Of a stretch of DNA of 18,949 nucleotides, positions 1-7,426 are shown one piece after another. The notes beneath the pieces were generated by a model. The model ran no database searches and had not been told where the DNA came from. It worked only from the letters and a program-made list of their open reading frames with translations. The first letter of the stretch is position 1, and each line of letters begins with the position of its first letter. Source of the stretch: Kineosporiaceae bacterium. GTDB lineage: Bacteria; Actinomycetota; Actinomycetes; Actinomycetales; Kineosporiaceae. The stretch spans positions 1-18,949 of the forward strand of contig JANNPJ010000444.1 in NCBI GenBank assembly GCA_031400005.1, in the 5' to 3' direction. The position numbers were made by a program, and so were the translations under genes.

Positions 1-1
1 C

Positions 2-274
2 GGCCGGATCGCCGAGGATCACCCCTTCATCGACGAGGTGGTCGGCGCGGTCGCCGACCTGTCCGGTGGACGCCGTCCGATCCGGGCGGCCGCGTCCTAC
101 GGCAGCGACCTGCGGCTGTACGCCGGGATCGGCGGTATCCCCACGCTGCACTACGGGCCGGGTGATGTGCGATTCGCCCACGCACCGCGCGAGCAGGTCG
201 ATCTCGCCGAGCTGATCGTCGTCACCCGGGCCCTGCTCCTGCTGACGATCAGGCGCTGCGGCGTCCATTTCTGA
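2..274 (+). CDS. M20 family metallopeptidase / ArgE-DapE-like deacylase, C-terminal fragment (5' end lies outside the window)
   Basis: The reading frame is open from base 2 to the stop at 272-274. The tail ...SYGSDLRLYAGIGGIPTLHYGPGDVRFAHAPREQVDLAELIVVTRAL resembles the conserved C-terminus of ArgE/DapE/M20 deacylases (GTDarly...iPtvhfGPGd...aHapnEyvdldeL). The assignment is from motif recall only. Confidence 0.5.
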   Translation, partial: GRIAEDHPFIDEVVGAVADLSGGRRPIRAAASYGSDLRLYAGIGGIPTLHYGPGDVRFAHAPREQVDLAELIVVTRALLLLTIRRCGVHF

Positions 275-463
275 GCGGAGCCTGCACCTGCCATCCTGCG
301 CGGGGAATCGGTTGGACAGCCGCCGGTGCGCCGTTGCAGGAGGTCACGCAATGAAGCGAATGGTCCGTGAGGCAACGGGTTTCATTGTGGATCTGCGCCA
401 CAACGGGGGCCCTGAGCTGGTTGGCCTGAGCTGGGCGGCCTGCGGAATTGGGGACGTCGGGAG

Positions 464-2134
464 CTAGGCAGGCAGTTCGCGGACGGTGGCCTGACCGTCG
501 GTGGCCTCCACGGCAATGCGGCGGTTCACCTTCACCGCGTCTAGCAGCCGGCGATCGTGGCTGACCAGCAGCAGCGTGCCGGGATAGGTATCCAGCGCCT
601 GCTCCAGTTGCTCGATCGCGGGCAGGTCCAGGTGGTTGGTCGGTTCGTCCAGCACCAGCAGGTTGACGCCGCGGGCCTGCAGCAGCGCCAGCCCGGCCCG
701 GGTGCGCTCGCCTGGAGAGAGGGTCCCGGCCGCGCGCATCACATGCGCCGAGGCCAGGCCGAACTTGGCCAGCAAGGTCCGGACCTCGGCGTCCGACCAG
801 GTCGGGAGCTGCTCACCGAAGGCCCGAAACAGCGCGGTCTCACCGGTGAACAGGGAGCGGGCCTGATCGATCTCACCGACCACGACGCCGGGCCCGAGCG
901 AACTGGACCCGGCTGCGAGCTCCAGCCGGCCAAGCATGGCGGCCAGCAAGGTCGACTTGCCCGCGCCGTTCGGCCCGGTGATCGCCACCCGATCGGCCCA
1001 GTCGATCTGCAGGTCGACCGGCCCCAGCTGGAACCCGCCCCGCTGCACCACGGCGCCGCGCAGCACGCTGACCACAGCTCCGGCCCGCGGCGCGACCGCG
1101 ATCTCCAACTGCAGCTGCCACTCTTTGCGTGGTTCCTCGACGACGTCCAGCCGTTCGATCATTCGCTGGGACTGGCGGGCCTTCGCGGCCTGCTTCTCGC
1201 TCGACTCGGCCCGTACCTTGCGGCCGATCTTGTCGTTGTCCGGGGCCTTACGGCGGGCGTTCCGGACGCCCTTCTCCATCCAGTTTCGCTGGGTCCGGGC
1301 GCGTTCCTCCAGCCCGGATTTGGTGTCGGCGTAGTCCTCGTAGGCCTCCCGGGCGTGCTGTCGGGCGACCTCGCGCTCCTCCAGGTAGGCGGCATAACCG
1401 CCGCCGAACACGCTGATCTGTTGCTGGGCAAGATCAAGTTCGACCACCCGGGTCACCGTCCGGGCCAGAAACTCCCGGTCATGACTGACGACGACGACCC
1501 CGGCCCGCAGGCCGTTGACGAAGGTTTCCAGCCGGCCCAAACCGTCCAGGTCCAGGTCGTTCGTCGGCTCGTCAAGCAGGAAGACGTCGTACCGGCTGAG
1601 CAGCAGCGAGGCCAGCCCGGCTCGTGCCGCCTGACCGCCGGAGAGCGCGGTCATCGGCGTCTCCAGGTCGGCGTCCAGGCCGATCTCGGTCGCGACGTGG
1701 ACCGCGCGCTCGTCCAGGTCGGCGGCCCCGAGCGCGAGCCACAGTTCCAGCGCGTCGGCGTAGGCGTCGTTGCGGGCCGCTTGGTCGGCGTCCGTGCCCG
1801 AGGTGTCGGCGAGTGCCTCGGTGGCGGCGTCCAATTGATTTTGGACGTCGCTCACACCGGTCCGGCGGGCGAGGAACGCGGTGATCGTCTCGCCGGGCCG
1901 TCGCTCCGGCTCCTGCGGGAGGTAGCCGACGGTTGATCCGGCCGGGCTGAGCTGGACCGTGCCCTGTTCGGGACGGTCGAAACCGGCCAGCAGGCGCAGC
2001 AGAGTTGACTTTCCGGCACCGTTCGCGCCGACCAGCCCGACCACGTCGCCGGGGGAGATGCCGAGGTCCAGGCCGGCGAACAACTGGCGATCCCCGTGGG
2101 CAGCCGCCAGGTCGCGGGCGGTAAGCGTGGTCAT
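464..2134 (-). CDS. ABC-F family ATPase (two tandem ABC domains, no transmembrane domain); either a translation factor or a ribosome-protection (ARE) type
   Basis: A 556-aa ORF. Walker A motifs GANGAGKST and GPNGAGKST, two signature motifs LSGGQ and LSPGE, two Walker B motifs LLDEPTNDLD and VLDEPTNHLD, and H-loops VSHDR both times. A basic linker of ~90 aa (ARTQRNWMEKGVRNARRKAPDNDKIGRKVRAESSEKQAAKARQSQRMIERL) joins the two ABC domains, as is typical of ABC-F. Confidence 0.85.
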   Translation of the reverse strand: MTTLTARDLAAAHGDRQLFAGLDLGISPGDVVGLVGANGAGKSTLLRLLAGFDRPEQGTVQLSPAGSTVGYLPQEPERRPGETITAFLARRTGVSDVQNQLDAATEALADTSGTDADQAARNDAYADALELWLALGAADLDERAVHVATEIGLDADLETPMTALSGGQAARAGLASLLLSRYDVFLLDEPTNDLDLDGLGRLETFVNGLRAGVVVVSHDREFLARTVTRVVELDLAQQQISVFGGGYAAYLEEREVARQHAREAYEDYADTKSGLEERARTQRNWMEKGVRNARRKAPDNDKIGRKVRAESSEKQAAKARQSQRMIERLDVVEEPRKEWQLQLEIAVAPRAGAVVSVLRGAVVQRGGFQLGPVDLQIDWADRVAITGPNGAGKSTLLAAMLGRLELAAGSSSLGPGVVVGEIDQARSLFTGETALFRAFGEQLPTWSDAEVRTLLAKFGLASAHVMRAAGTLSPGERTRAGLALLQARGVNLLVLDEPTNHLDLPAIEQLEQALDTYPGTLLLVSHDRRLLDAVKVNRRIAVEATDGQATVRELPA

Positions 2135-2206
2135 GACTCGAGGTTACTGGCGCTACCAGGAACTCGATTACCGCGCGCTAACGACGAGTTCGATCGGACG
2201 CGTGTA

Positions 2207-2278
2207 CCGGCGGGGAGGATTCGCTCGCGATGCAACCGGTTTCATGGTCGGCGCCGGCTGGTGAATCCTCCCCGCCGG
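2207..2278. repeat. Perfect 16-bp inverted repeat (CCGGCGGGGAGGATTC ... GAATCCTCCCCGCCGG) flanking a 40-bp spacer
   Basis: Read directly: 2207-2222 is the exact reverse complement of 2263-2278. The right arm ends 4 bp from the yccF-like stop on the minus strand, at 2283-2285. The spacer itself contains the small palindromes AACCGGTT and CCGGCGCCGG. Confidence 0.6.
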
Positions 2279-2282
2279 TCCG

Positions 2283-2696
2283 TCAGAACAGCCCGGCCGG
2301 AGCGCGGGGGTCGTCGTGGGAGACGATGTCCTTCCCGAGTGGGGCGATCGCCACGGCGGCGAGCTTGATGTTCGCCCAGCCGAACGGAATCCCGATGATC
2401 GTGATGCAGAGCGCCACCCCAAGGGCCAGGTGAGCGATGGCGATCCAGAGTCCGGCGAGGATGAACCAGACGACGTTACCGATCGCGGACGCGGCGCCCG
2501 CCTCCGGCCGCCGGATCAGCGTGCGGCCGAACGGCCACAACACGAATCCGGCCAGCCGGAACGAGGCAATCCCGAACGGGATCGTGACGATCAGAATGAA
2601 CATCAGCACCCCGGCAACTGCGTACCCGACGGCCAGCCAGAACCCCGAGACGATGAGCCAGAGCACGTTCAACACCAAGTTCAACGGGGTGAGCAT
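2283..2696 (-). CDS. YccF-like inner membrane protein (tandem DUF307 repeats)
   Basis: 137 aa, almost entirely hydrophobic. There are two internally repeated halves (...IPFGIASFRLAGFVLWPFG / ...IGIPFGWANIKLAAVAIAPLG) of the kind seen in YccF/DUF307 proteins. The family call is from recall only. Confidence 0.5.
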   Translation of the reverse strand: MLTPLNLVLNVLWLIVSGFWLAVGYAVAGVLMFILIVTIPFGIASFRLAGFVLWPFGRTLIRRPEAGAASAIGNVVWFILAGLWIAIAHLALGVALCITIIGIPFGWANIKLAAVAIAPLGKDIVSHDDPRAPAGLF

Positions 2697-2748
2697 CGCT
2701 GTCCTTCGGGCTAGATCGACGCTGGGATGAGCGCGGGGTTAGTGCGAG

Positions 2749-3975
2749 TCAGTGCGAGACGGTGACGGGCTTGCCCTTGGCCTGCCCGATCGAGCCGAGG
2801 AGGTCGTCGAACCAGGCCTGTTCGGTGTCGAACGGCTTGCCGCCCTTGATCCGCGGGAACTCGATTGCCCGCAGCCGTCCGCCGGCTTCCTCGTCGTGGC
2901 CGATCACGCCGCTCTCGCCTTTCAACGCGCAGTCCACGGCCAGGTCGACGAACCCCTTGATCAGCCGGAGGTCATCCGAGTTCGCCGCGGCCGAGCGGGC
3001 GAAGTATCCGCTCTTCTGCACCATCGTCTTGTCGGCACCGAGCAGCCCGGCGAACTGCTTCGCGAACCAGGCTCCCGGGTTGATGGTGTCGATCTTTACG
3101 TGGCCGAAGGCGTCGCGGAGTGGTTCCTCACCGCGGGCGATCATCTCCTCGACGATCGTTTCGACGCCGGCCCCCTCGGACAGGAAGATGTTCACGCATC
3201 CGACCTCGTCCATCACGGTCTTCAGTCGCTCCGCCTCGGCGGCGATGTCGAAGCTCAGTTCGGGGACGAAAACGGCGTGGACATCCCATTTGCGCGAGTC
3301 GTTGCCGAACTCGGGCAGGAACGTCTGGGCTTCGATCCATTCGCGGTACTTGGCCGTGGTGGCCGCGGTCAGCCAGCCACAGTTGCGGCCCATTACCTCG
3401 TGGATGACCAGCATCCGGAAGTTCGACGAGTGCTCGGCGATCACGTTCCGGGCGAAGATCGCGCCCTGCTCAGCCGCGGTCCAGGCGCCCAGGCTCTGCC
3501 GGATCGGGATCACATCGTTGTCGATCGTCTTCGGTAGCCCGACGACTGTCAGTTCGTAGCCGTTGGCGTGCAGGTAGGCGGCCAGGTCTGCGGCGGTGGT
3601 GTTGGTGTCGTCCCCACCGATGGTGTGCAGGACGTCCACCCCATCTCGGGTCAGCTGCTCGGCCGCCACGTGCAACGGGTCCTGTCCCTCGGTGACCAGA
3701 CCACGGCTCACGCAGTCGGCGACGTTCGTCAGCTTCACCCGGCTGTTGCCGATCGGGCTGCCACCGAAGCGGTGCAACAGGTGCGACTTGTCGCGAATCT
3801 CCGGGGTGACGGTCAAGTACTCACCCGCGAGCAGCCCGGCATAGCCGCTCCGGTAACCGATGATCTCGACCTCGGGCGCAATCTCGGTGTATCGCTCGAT
3901 CAGGCCACCGACGGCGGAGGACAAGCAAGGGGCCAGGCCCCCGGCGGTAAGCAGGGCTACGCGACGAACGGACAT
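2749..3975 (-). CDS. pfp: 6-phosphofructokinase, probably pyrophosphate-dependent (PPi-PFK, Pfp)
   Basis: VALLTAGGLAPCLSS (the GG motif), TIGGDDTNT and GLPKTIDND are PFK family A motifs. The GGDD (Asp instead of Gly) and PKTIDND (Lys instead of Gly) substitutions are the classical determinants of PPi versus ATP specificity. The track ORF begins at a TTG at 4005, but the ATG at 3975 (MSVRRVALLTAGG) aligns with PFK N-termini and has GGAG about 10 nt upstream. Confidence 0.8.
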   Translation of the reverse strand: MSVRRVALLTAGGLAPCLSSAVGGLIERYTEIAPEVEIIGYRSGYAGLLAGEYLTVTPEIRDKSHLLHRFGGSPIGNSRVKLTNVADCVSRGLVTEGQDPLHVAAEQLTRDGVDVLHTIGGDDTNTTAADLAAYLHANGYELTVVGLPKTIDNDVIPIRQSLGAWTAAEQGAIFARNVIAEHSSNFRMLVIHEVMGRNCGWLTAATTAKYREWIEAQTFLPEFGNDSRKWDVHAVFVPELSFDIAAEAERLKTVMDEVGCVNIFLSEGAGVETIVEEMIARGEEPLRDAFGHVKIDTINPGAWFAKQFAGLLGADKTMVQKSGYFARSAAANSDDLRLIKGFVDLAVDCALKGESGVIGHDEEAGGRLRAIEFPRIKGGKPFDTEQAWFDDLLGSIGQAKGKPVTVSH

Positions 3976-4076
3976 GTGACTCGGCTCCCGATACAACAGC
4001 GTCAAACGGACGACTTTCCCAATGCACAGCCAGCCTAGTGCGAGGTCTGTCGGTGGTCAGTGACAGGCTTGCGGCT

Positions 4077-5114
4077 ATGAACATTCTCGAGGAGTTCGTC
4101 GCTGCGGATGACCGCTACACGCACACGCCGTATCGGCGCTGTGGGCGCAGTGGGCTCCAACTGCCTGCCGTCTCGCTCGGCCTCTGGCACAACTTCGGGG
4201 ACGACAAACCGATCCAGACCCAGCGAGCGATCCTGCGTCGGGCGTTCGACCTCGGCGTCACGCACTTCGACCTGGCGAACAACTACGGTCCGCCCTACGG
4301 TGCGGCGGAGCGGAATTTCGGCTCCATCTTCGCCTCCGACTTCCGCCGTTATCGCGACGAACTCGTGCTCTCGACGAAGGCCGGCTACGACATGTGGCCC
4401 GGTCCGTACGGCGACTTCGGATCGCGAAAGTACTTGCTGTCCAGCCTTGATCAGAGTCTGAAGCGGATGCAGGTCGACTATGTGGACATCTTCTACAGTC
4501 ACCGCTTCGACCCGGAGACGCCGCTGGAAGAGACGATGGGGGCGCTCGACACCGCCGTCCGTTCGGGTCGCGCGCTGTACGCCGGAATCTCCTCGTACTC
4601 ACCCGAACGCACGGTCGAGGCCGCCGCGATCCTCCGCCAGCTCGGCACCCCGTTGCTGATCCACCAGCCCAGCTACTCGATGCTCAACCGCTGGGTGGAG
4701 GAAGGGCTGCTCGATGCCCTGGAGGAGCAGGGCGTCGGCTGTATCGCGTTCTCGCCGCTGGCCCAGGGCCTGCTCACCGACCGGTATCTGGACGGCGTCC
4801 CGGAGGGTTCCCGGGCGGCTGCGGGCAAGTCCTTGGATCCGGGCCAGTTGTCCGAGACGAACCTCACGCATGTGCGGGCGTTGAACAAGGTGGCTGCCGC
4901 CCGCGGTCAGTCGCTGGCCCAGCTTGCGCTGAGTTGGGTGCTGCGCGACCAGCGGGTGACCTCGGTGCTGATCGGCGCCAGCAGCGTCAAGCAATTGGAG
5001 GCCAATCTGGGTGCGGTGGGCGCGCCGGAGTTCACCGACGCCGAACTGACCCAGATTGATCAGCATGCCGTCGATGCCGGGATCAACCTCTGGGCCAAGT
5101 CCAGCGCCGAGTAG
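4077..5114 (+). CDS. Aldo-keto reductase, YghZ/Gpr-like (L-glyceraldehyde-3-phosphate reductase family, AKR14-type)
   Basis: The N-terminus YRRCGRSGLQLPAVSLGLWHNFGDD closely matches the E. coli YghZ N-terminus (YRYCGKSGLRLPALSLGLWHNFG). AKR catalytic residues (D...Y...K...H) are present and the length of ~345 aa fits. I prefer the ATG start at 4077 over the GTG at 4038 used by the track. Confidence 0.75.
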   Translation: MNILEEFVAADDRYTHTPYRRCGRSGLQLPAVSLGLWHNFGDDKPIQTQRAILRRAFDLGVTHFDLANNYGPPYGAAERNFGSIFASDFRRYRDELVLSTKAGYDMWPGPYGDFGSRKYLLSSLDQSLKRMQVDYVDIFYSHRFDPETPLEETMGALDTAVRSGRALYAGISSYSPERTVEAAAILRQLGTPLLIHQPSYSMLNRWVEEGLLDALEEQGVGCIAFSPLAQGLLTDRYLDGVPEGSRAAAGKSLDPGQLSETNLTHVRALNKVAAARGQSLAQLALSWVLRDQRVTSVLIGASSVKQLEANLGAVGAPEFTDAELTQIDQHAVDAGINLWAKSSAE

Positions 5115-5158
5115 CCCCTCAACCCCAGGTCAGCGCCGTCCTTGGCCAGCCGTTCTTG

Positions 5159-5200
5159 GTCAGCGCCGGCTCAGACCGGGCCGGCTCAGACAGCGCTGAC
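5159..5200. terminator. Putative bidirectional hairpin between the convergent AKR and GPP34 genes
   Basis: GTCAGCGC (5159-5166) is the reverse complement of GCGCTGAC (5193-5200). The 26-nt loop holds a direct repeat of CCGGCTCAGAC. A further copy of GGTCAGCGCC lies at 5129-5138. There is no U-tract, so terminator function is only inferred. Confidence 0.3.
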
Positions 5201-5827
5201 TGAGGCTGCCTGGCTCTCGAAAACCTTGCGCAGTGCCTTGGCAGCCGGGCCGGCTGTCAAGGCCAGCGCGCGGATTCGATCTCGGTGCTCGCGCCGTTCC
5301 CGGCCGCTGAACACGGTGTTCAGCTCAACCGCCGAGACCAGCGGAACCAAGGCCAGGGCAAGCGGGTCCAGGTCCTTGCTCGGCGCGCCGCTGAGGACGA
5401 CGCGGCGCAGTTCGGCGATCAGTTCGCGAACGATCCGGGTGTCCCGGACGTGGACCACCTTCTTCGGGAAGATCCCCAGGACGGTGCTCTCGGTGACGGT
5501 GATCACCCGGTTCGCCGTCAGGCGCTCCCGGACCGCCTGGTAAGTGATCTTCGCGTCCTTCTCGACCCAGTGTTGCCAGGACCGCGGCTTGCTGTTCTCG
5601 ATCTGTTTCAGGACGGCGCTCAGGACGGCGTCCTCGGTGCGCTGACCGGTGATCCGAGGCTTGCCGTTGTCGTCGACGAGTCGACCGGCGAGCGTGAGTT
5701 CGACCAGGGCGGCTGCGCGGATCAGTTGGCCGTGGCTGTTCCCCCCGGTCAGCTTCTGTTTTTCGACGTCGTACGCGATCAGAAAGGCACGGTCGGCTAG
5801 CCGGGTCGGCAGGTCCGCAGTCATCAC
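5186..5827 (-). CDS. GPP34/GOLPH3-like family protein (bacterial homologue of a Golgi phosphoprotein; function unknown)
   Basis: 212 aa. The N-terminal pattern LADRAFLIAYDVEKQKLTG...GQLIRAAALVELTLAGRLVDDNG matches the signature I recall for Pfam GPP34 (L.eelLLLAlD...G.....l..alaGAaLaEL.l.gRv). The start is either the GTG at 5827 or the ATG at 5824. The ATG overlaps the upstream stop (TGATG). Confidence 0.55.
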   Translation of the reverse strand: MMTADLPTRLADRAFLIAYDVEKQKLTGGNSHGQLIRAAALVELTLAGRLVDDNGKPRITGQRTEDAVLSAVLKQIENSKPRSWQHWVEKDAKITYQAVRERLTANRVITVTESTVLGIFPKKVVHVRDTRIVRELIAELRRVVLSGAPSKDLDPLALALVPLVSAVELNTVFSGRERREHRDRIRALALTAGPAAKALRKVFESQAASVSAV

Positions 5828-6099
5828 GGCTCCTCAGGGGTGGCGTTCGTCGTCCGGTTGGATTGCATCGTTGCATCATGATCGGGTGCGGTGGCCTCAC
5901 CGCGCTCGGCCGCTGGCCGGCCGGGTCGGCGGATTCGGCCTACGTTGCCAGGCATTCGGCCGGCATCTGCCAGGGCCCGGCGGAGCAGGAATTCGATTTG
6001 CGCGTTCGTGCTGCGCATTTCGTCGCCCGCCCAGCGGGTCAGCGCGTCGTGCACGGCCGGGTCCAGCCGAAGCAGTACCGTCTTGCGTTCCGTTGGCAC
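5824..6099 (-). CDS. Arc/MetJ-type ribbon-helix-helix DNA-binding protein, with a disordered C-terminal tail
   Basis: 91 aa. The N-terminal ~45 aa, KTVLLRLDPAVHDALTRWAGDEMRSTNAQIEFLLRRALADAG, fit the RHH beta-strand/helix/helix pattern of Arc-family proteins and CopG-type antitoxins. The start lies 5 bp after the SPFH stop, and the stop overlaps the GPP34 start. Confidence 0.5.
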   Translation of the reverse strand: MPTERKTVLLRLDPAVHDALTRWAGDEMRSTNAQIEFLLRRALADAGRMPGNVGRIRRPGRPAAERGEATAPDHDATMQSNRTTNATPEEP

Positions 6100-6104
6100 G
6101 ACGA

Positions 6105-7073
6105 TCAGTGGTAGAGCGAACCGGCGTTCACGACCGGCTGTGCCTCGCGATCGCCGCAGAGCACCACGAGCAGGTTGCTCACCATCGCGGCCTTGCGCTC
6201 CTCATCGAGTTCGACGACGTCGTTCTGGGCCAGTCGCTCCAAGGCGGCCTCGACCATCCCGACCGCGCCGTCCACGATCCGAGCGCGCGCGGCCACCACG
6301 GCTCCGGCCTGCTGCCGGCGCAGCATCGCTTGGGCGATCTCTGGTGCATAGGCCAGTCGGGTCAGCCGGGACTCGATGACCCGGACACCGGCCGACTGCA
6401 CCCGGACGGCGATCTCGGCGGACAGCTTTCCGGTGACCTCGTCCGCGTTGTCTCGCAGCGACATCTGCCCCTGCCCGGCCGGCTCGTAGGGGTAACTGTT
6501 GGCGATGTGCCGAACGGCGGTCTCGGTCTGGATCGCCACGAATTCGACGAAGTCGTCGACCTCGAATTTGGCCCGGGCGGTGTCCTGCACCTGCCAGACG
6601 ACGACGGCGGCAATCTCGATCGGGTTGCCGTCGGCGTCATTCACTTTCGCCACCCCGGTCTCGTGATTGCGGATCCGAGTGGAGATCGATGACCGGGAGG
6701 TCAAGGGGTTCACCCAGCGCAACCCATCGGTCCGGATAGTGCCCTGGTAGCGGCCGAGCAGTTGGACGACGCGGGCCTGTCCGGGAGCGACGGCGGTGAG
6801 TCCGCACGCGATCACCACCGCTACCAGGAAGACCAGGACGGCTGCTCCGAGCAGGATGACGGCCTCATTCGCCACTGCGGCGACGGTCGCGATGATGGAG
6901 ATCAAGAGCAGAGCGATCGCGATGATCGCCATCGTCCAGCCAGAGCGATCGATCGCCGGGCGTTCCATCACGTGCGGTGCGGGCATCGTGACGCCCGCGA
7001 AGGGGACTTCCGAGCTGGCCGGAGCGTCCTGTGGGGACGCAGCGGGCCGGTTGAGCGGAGGGGTGTTCATCAT
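6105..7073 (-). CDS. SPFH/band-7 (stomatin/flotillin/HflKC superfamily) membrane protein
   Basis: A Pro/Ala-rich N-terminus is followed by two hydrophobic helices ([21 protein letters not shown] / [20 protein letters not shown]). Then comes an SPFH-like core ([26 protein letters not shown]...[13 protein letters not shown]...) and a C-terminal coiled-coil-like [18 protein letters not shown] prefer the ATGATG start at 7073-7068, with GGAGCTC 6 nt upstream, over 7145. The 7074-7145 stretch is AT-rich and palindrome-rich like a promoter. Confidence 0.7.
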   Translation of the reverse strand: MMNTPPLNRPAASPQDAPASSEVPFAGVTMPAPHVMERPAIDRSGWTMAIIAIALLLISIIATVAAVANEAVILLGAAVLVFLVAVVIACGLTAVAPGQARVVQLLGRYQGTIRTDGLRWVNPLTSRSSISTRIRNHETGVAKVNDADGNPIEIAAVVVWQVQDTARAKFEVDDFVEFVAIQTETAVRHIANSYPYEPAGQGQMSLRDNADEVTGKLSAEIAVRVQSAGVRVIESRLTRLAYAPEIAQAMLRRQQAGAVVAARARIVDGAVGMVEAALERLAQNDVVELDEERKAAMVSNLLVVLCGDREAQPVVNAGSLYH

Positions 7074-7100
7074 GAGCTCCTCGTCGAGTAGGTAGCTCAA

Positions 7101-7140
7101 AGCTAGCATTGTGATATCACTTTTGCCTAGGTGGATCACC
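7101..7140. promoter_or_regulatory. Palindrome cluster in the leader of the SPFH operon (GCTAGC, GTGATATCAC, GTGGATCAC)
   Basis: Read directly: a perfect 10-bp palindrome GTGATATCAC at 7111-7120, the related half-site GTGGATCAC at 7131-7139, and GCTAGC at 7102-7107. This is the least GC-rich stretch of the neighbourhood. Any operator role is inferred. Confidence 0.3.
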
Positions 7141-7426
7141 GGCACAAATCCGGGTCAGGGACGGTTGCCCGGTGGTGCGTCACGTTGGTCGCGGGGTTTG
7201 ACCCGGTGCGAGGGTCATTTTGCGCGACTAACTAACTGGAAGCGGGCAGGGCAACCGTGCATGATCGCCGTCAAAGAGCTCCATGATCACGGTTGCCCTT
7301 GGAACCTGGCCAGCCCAAATCGCCAGCATGGTCGGTGGCCCGGTCGACGTGCCTGCCGGGTTCGGCCCGGTGGGCGGGTCGAACCCAGCACCCACGTCGC
7401 GGCGGACGCGCTTGGCGGGTGTTGGC

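Noticed and set aside
557-1936. 459-aa plus-strand ORF, with nested ORFs at 636-866, 936-1334, 1129-1416 and 1624-1884
   Set aside because: It is entirely antisense to the well-supported ABC-F gene. The translation is Arg/Gly/Pro/Ala-rich with no recognisable motifs. This is the typical stop-codon-poor antisense frame of high-GC DNA.
4038-4076. GTG start at 4038 for the aldo-keto reductase (13 extra N-terminal residues MRGLSVVSDRLAA)
   Set aside because: Homologous YghZ/Gpr proteins begin a few residues before the conserved Y-R-x-C-G-x-S-G-L motif. The ATG at 4077 gives that spacing and leaves a sensible 101-bp divergent promoter region towards pfp.
5649-6692. 347-aa plus-strand ORF, and the 5325-5900 and 5891-6379 ORFs
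   Set aside because: They are antisense to the GPP34, RHH and SPFH genes. The composition is low-complexity and Arg/Pro-rich, with no motifs and no plausible RBS.
7376-7386. GGGTCGAACCC, a tRNA T-arm-like stem-loop in the hydrolase-SPFH spacer
   Set aside because: It resembles a T-loop (GGTTCGAATCC) only superficially. I could not build a D-arm, anticodon arm or acceptor stem with a CCA-proximal 7-bp helix around it on either strand, so it is not a tRNA.
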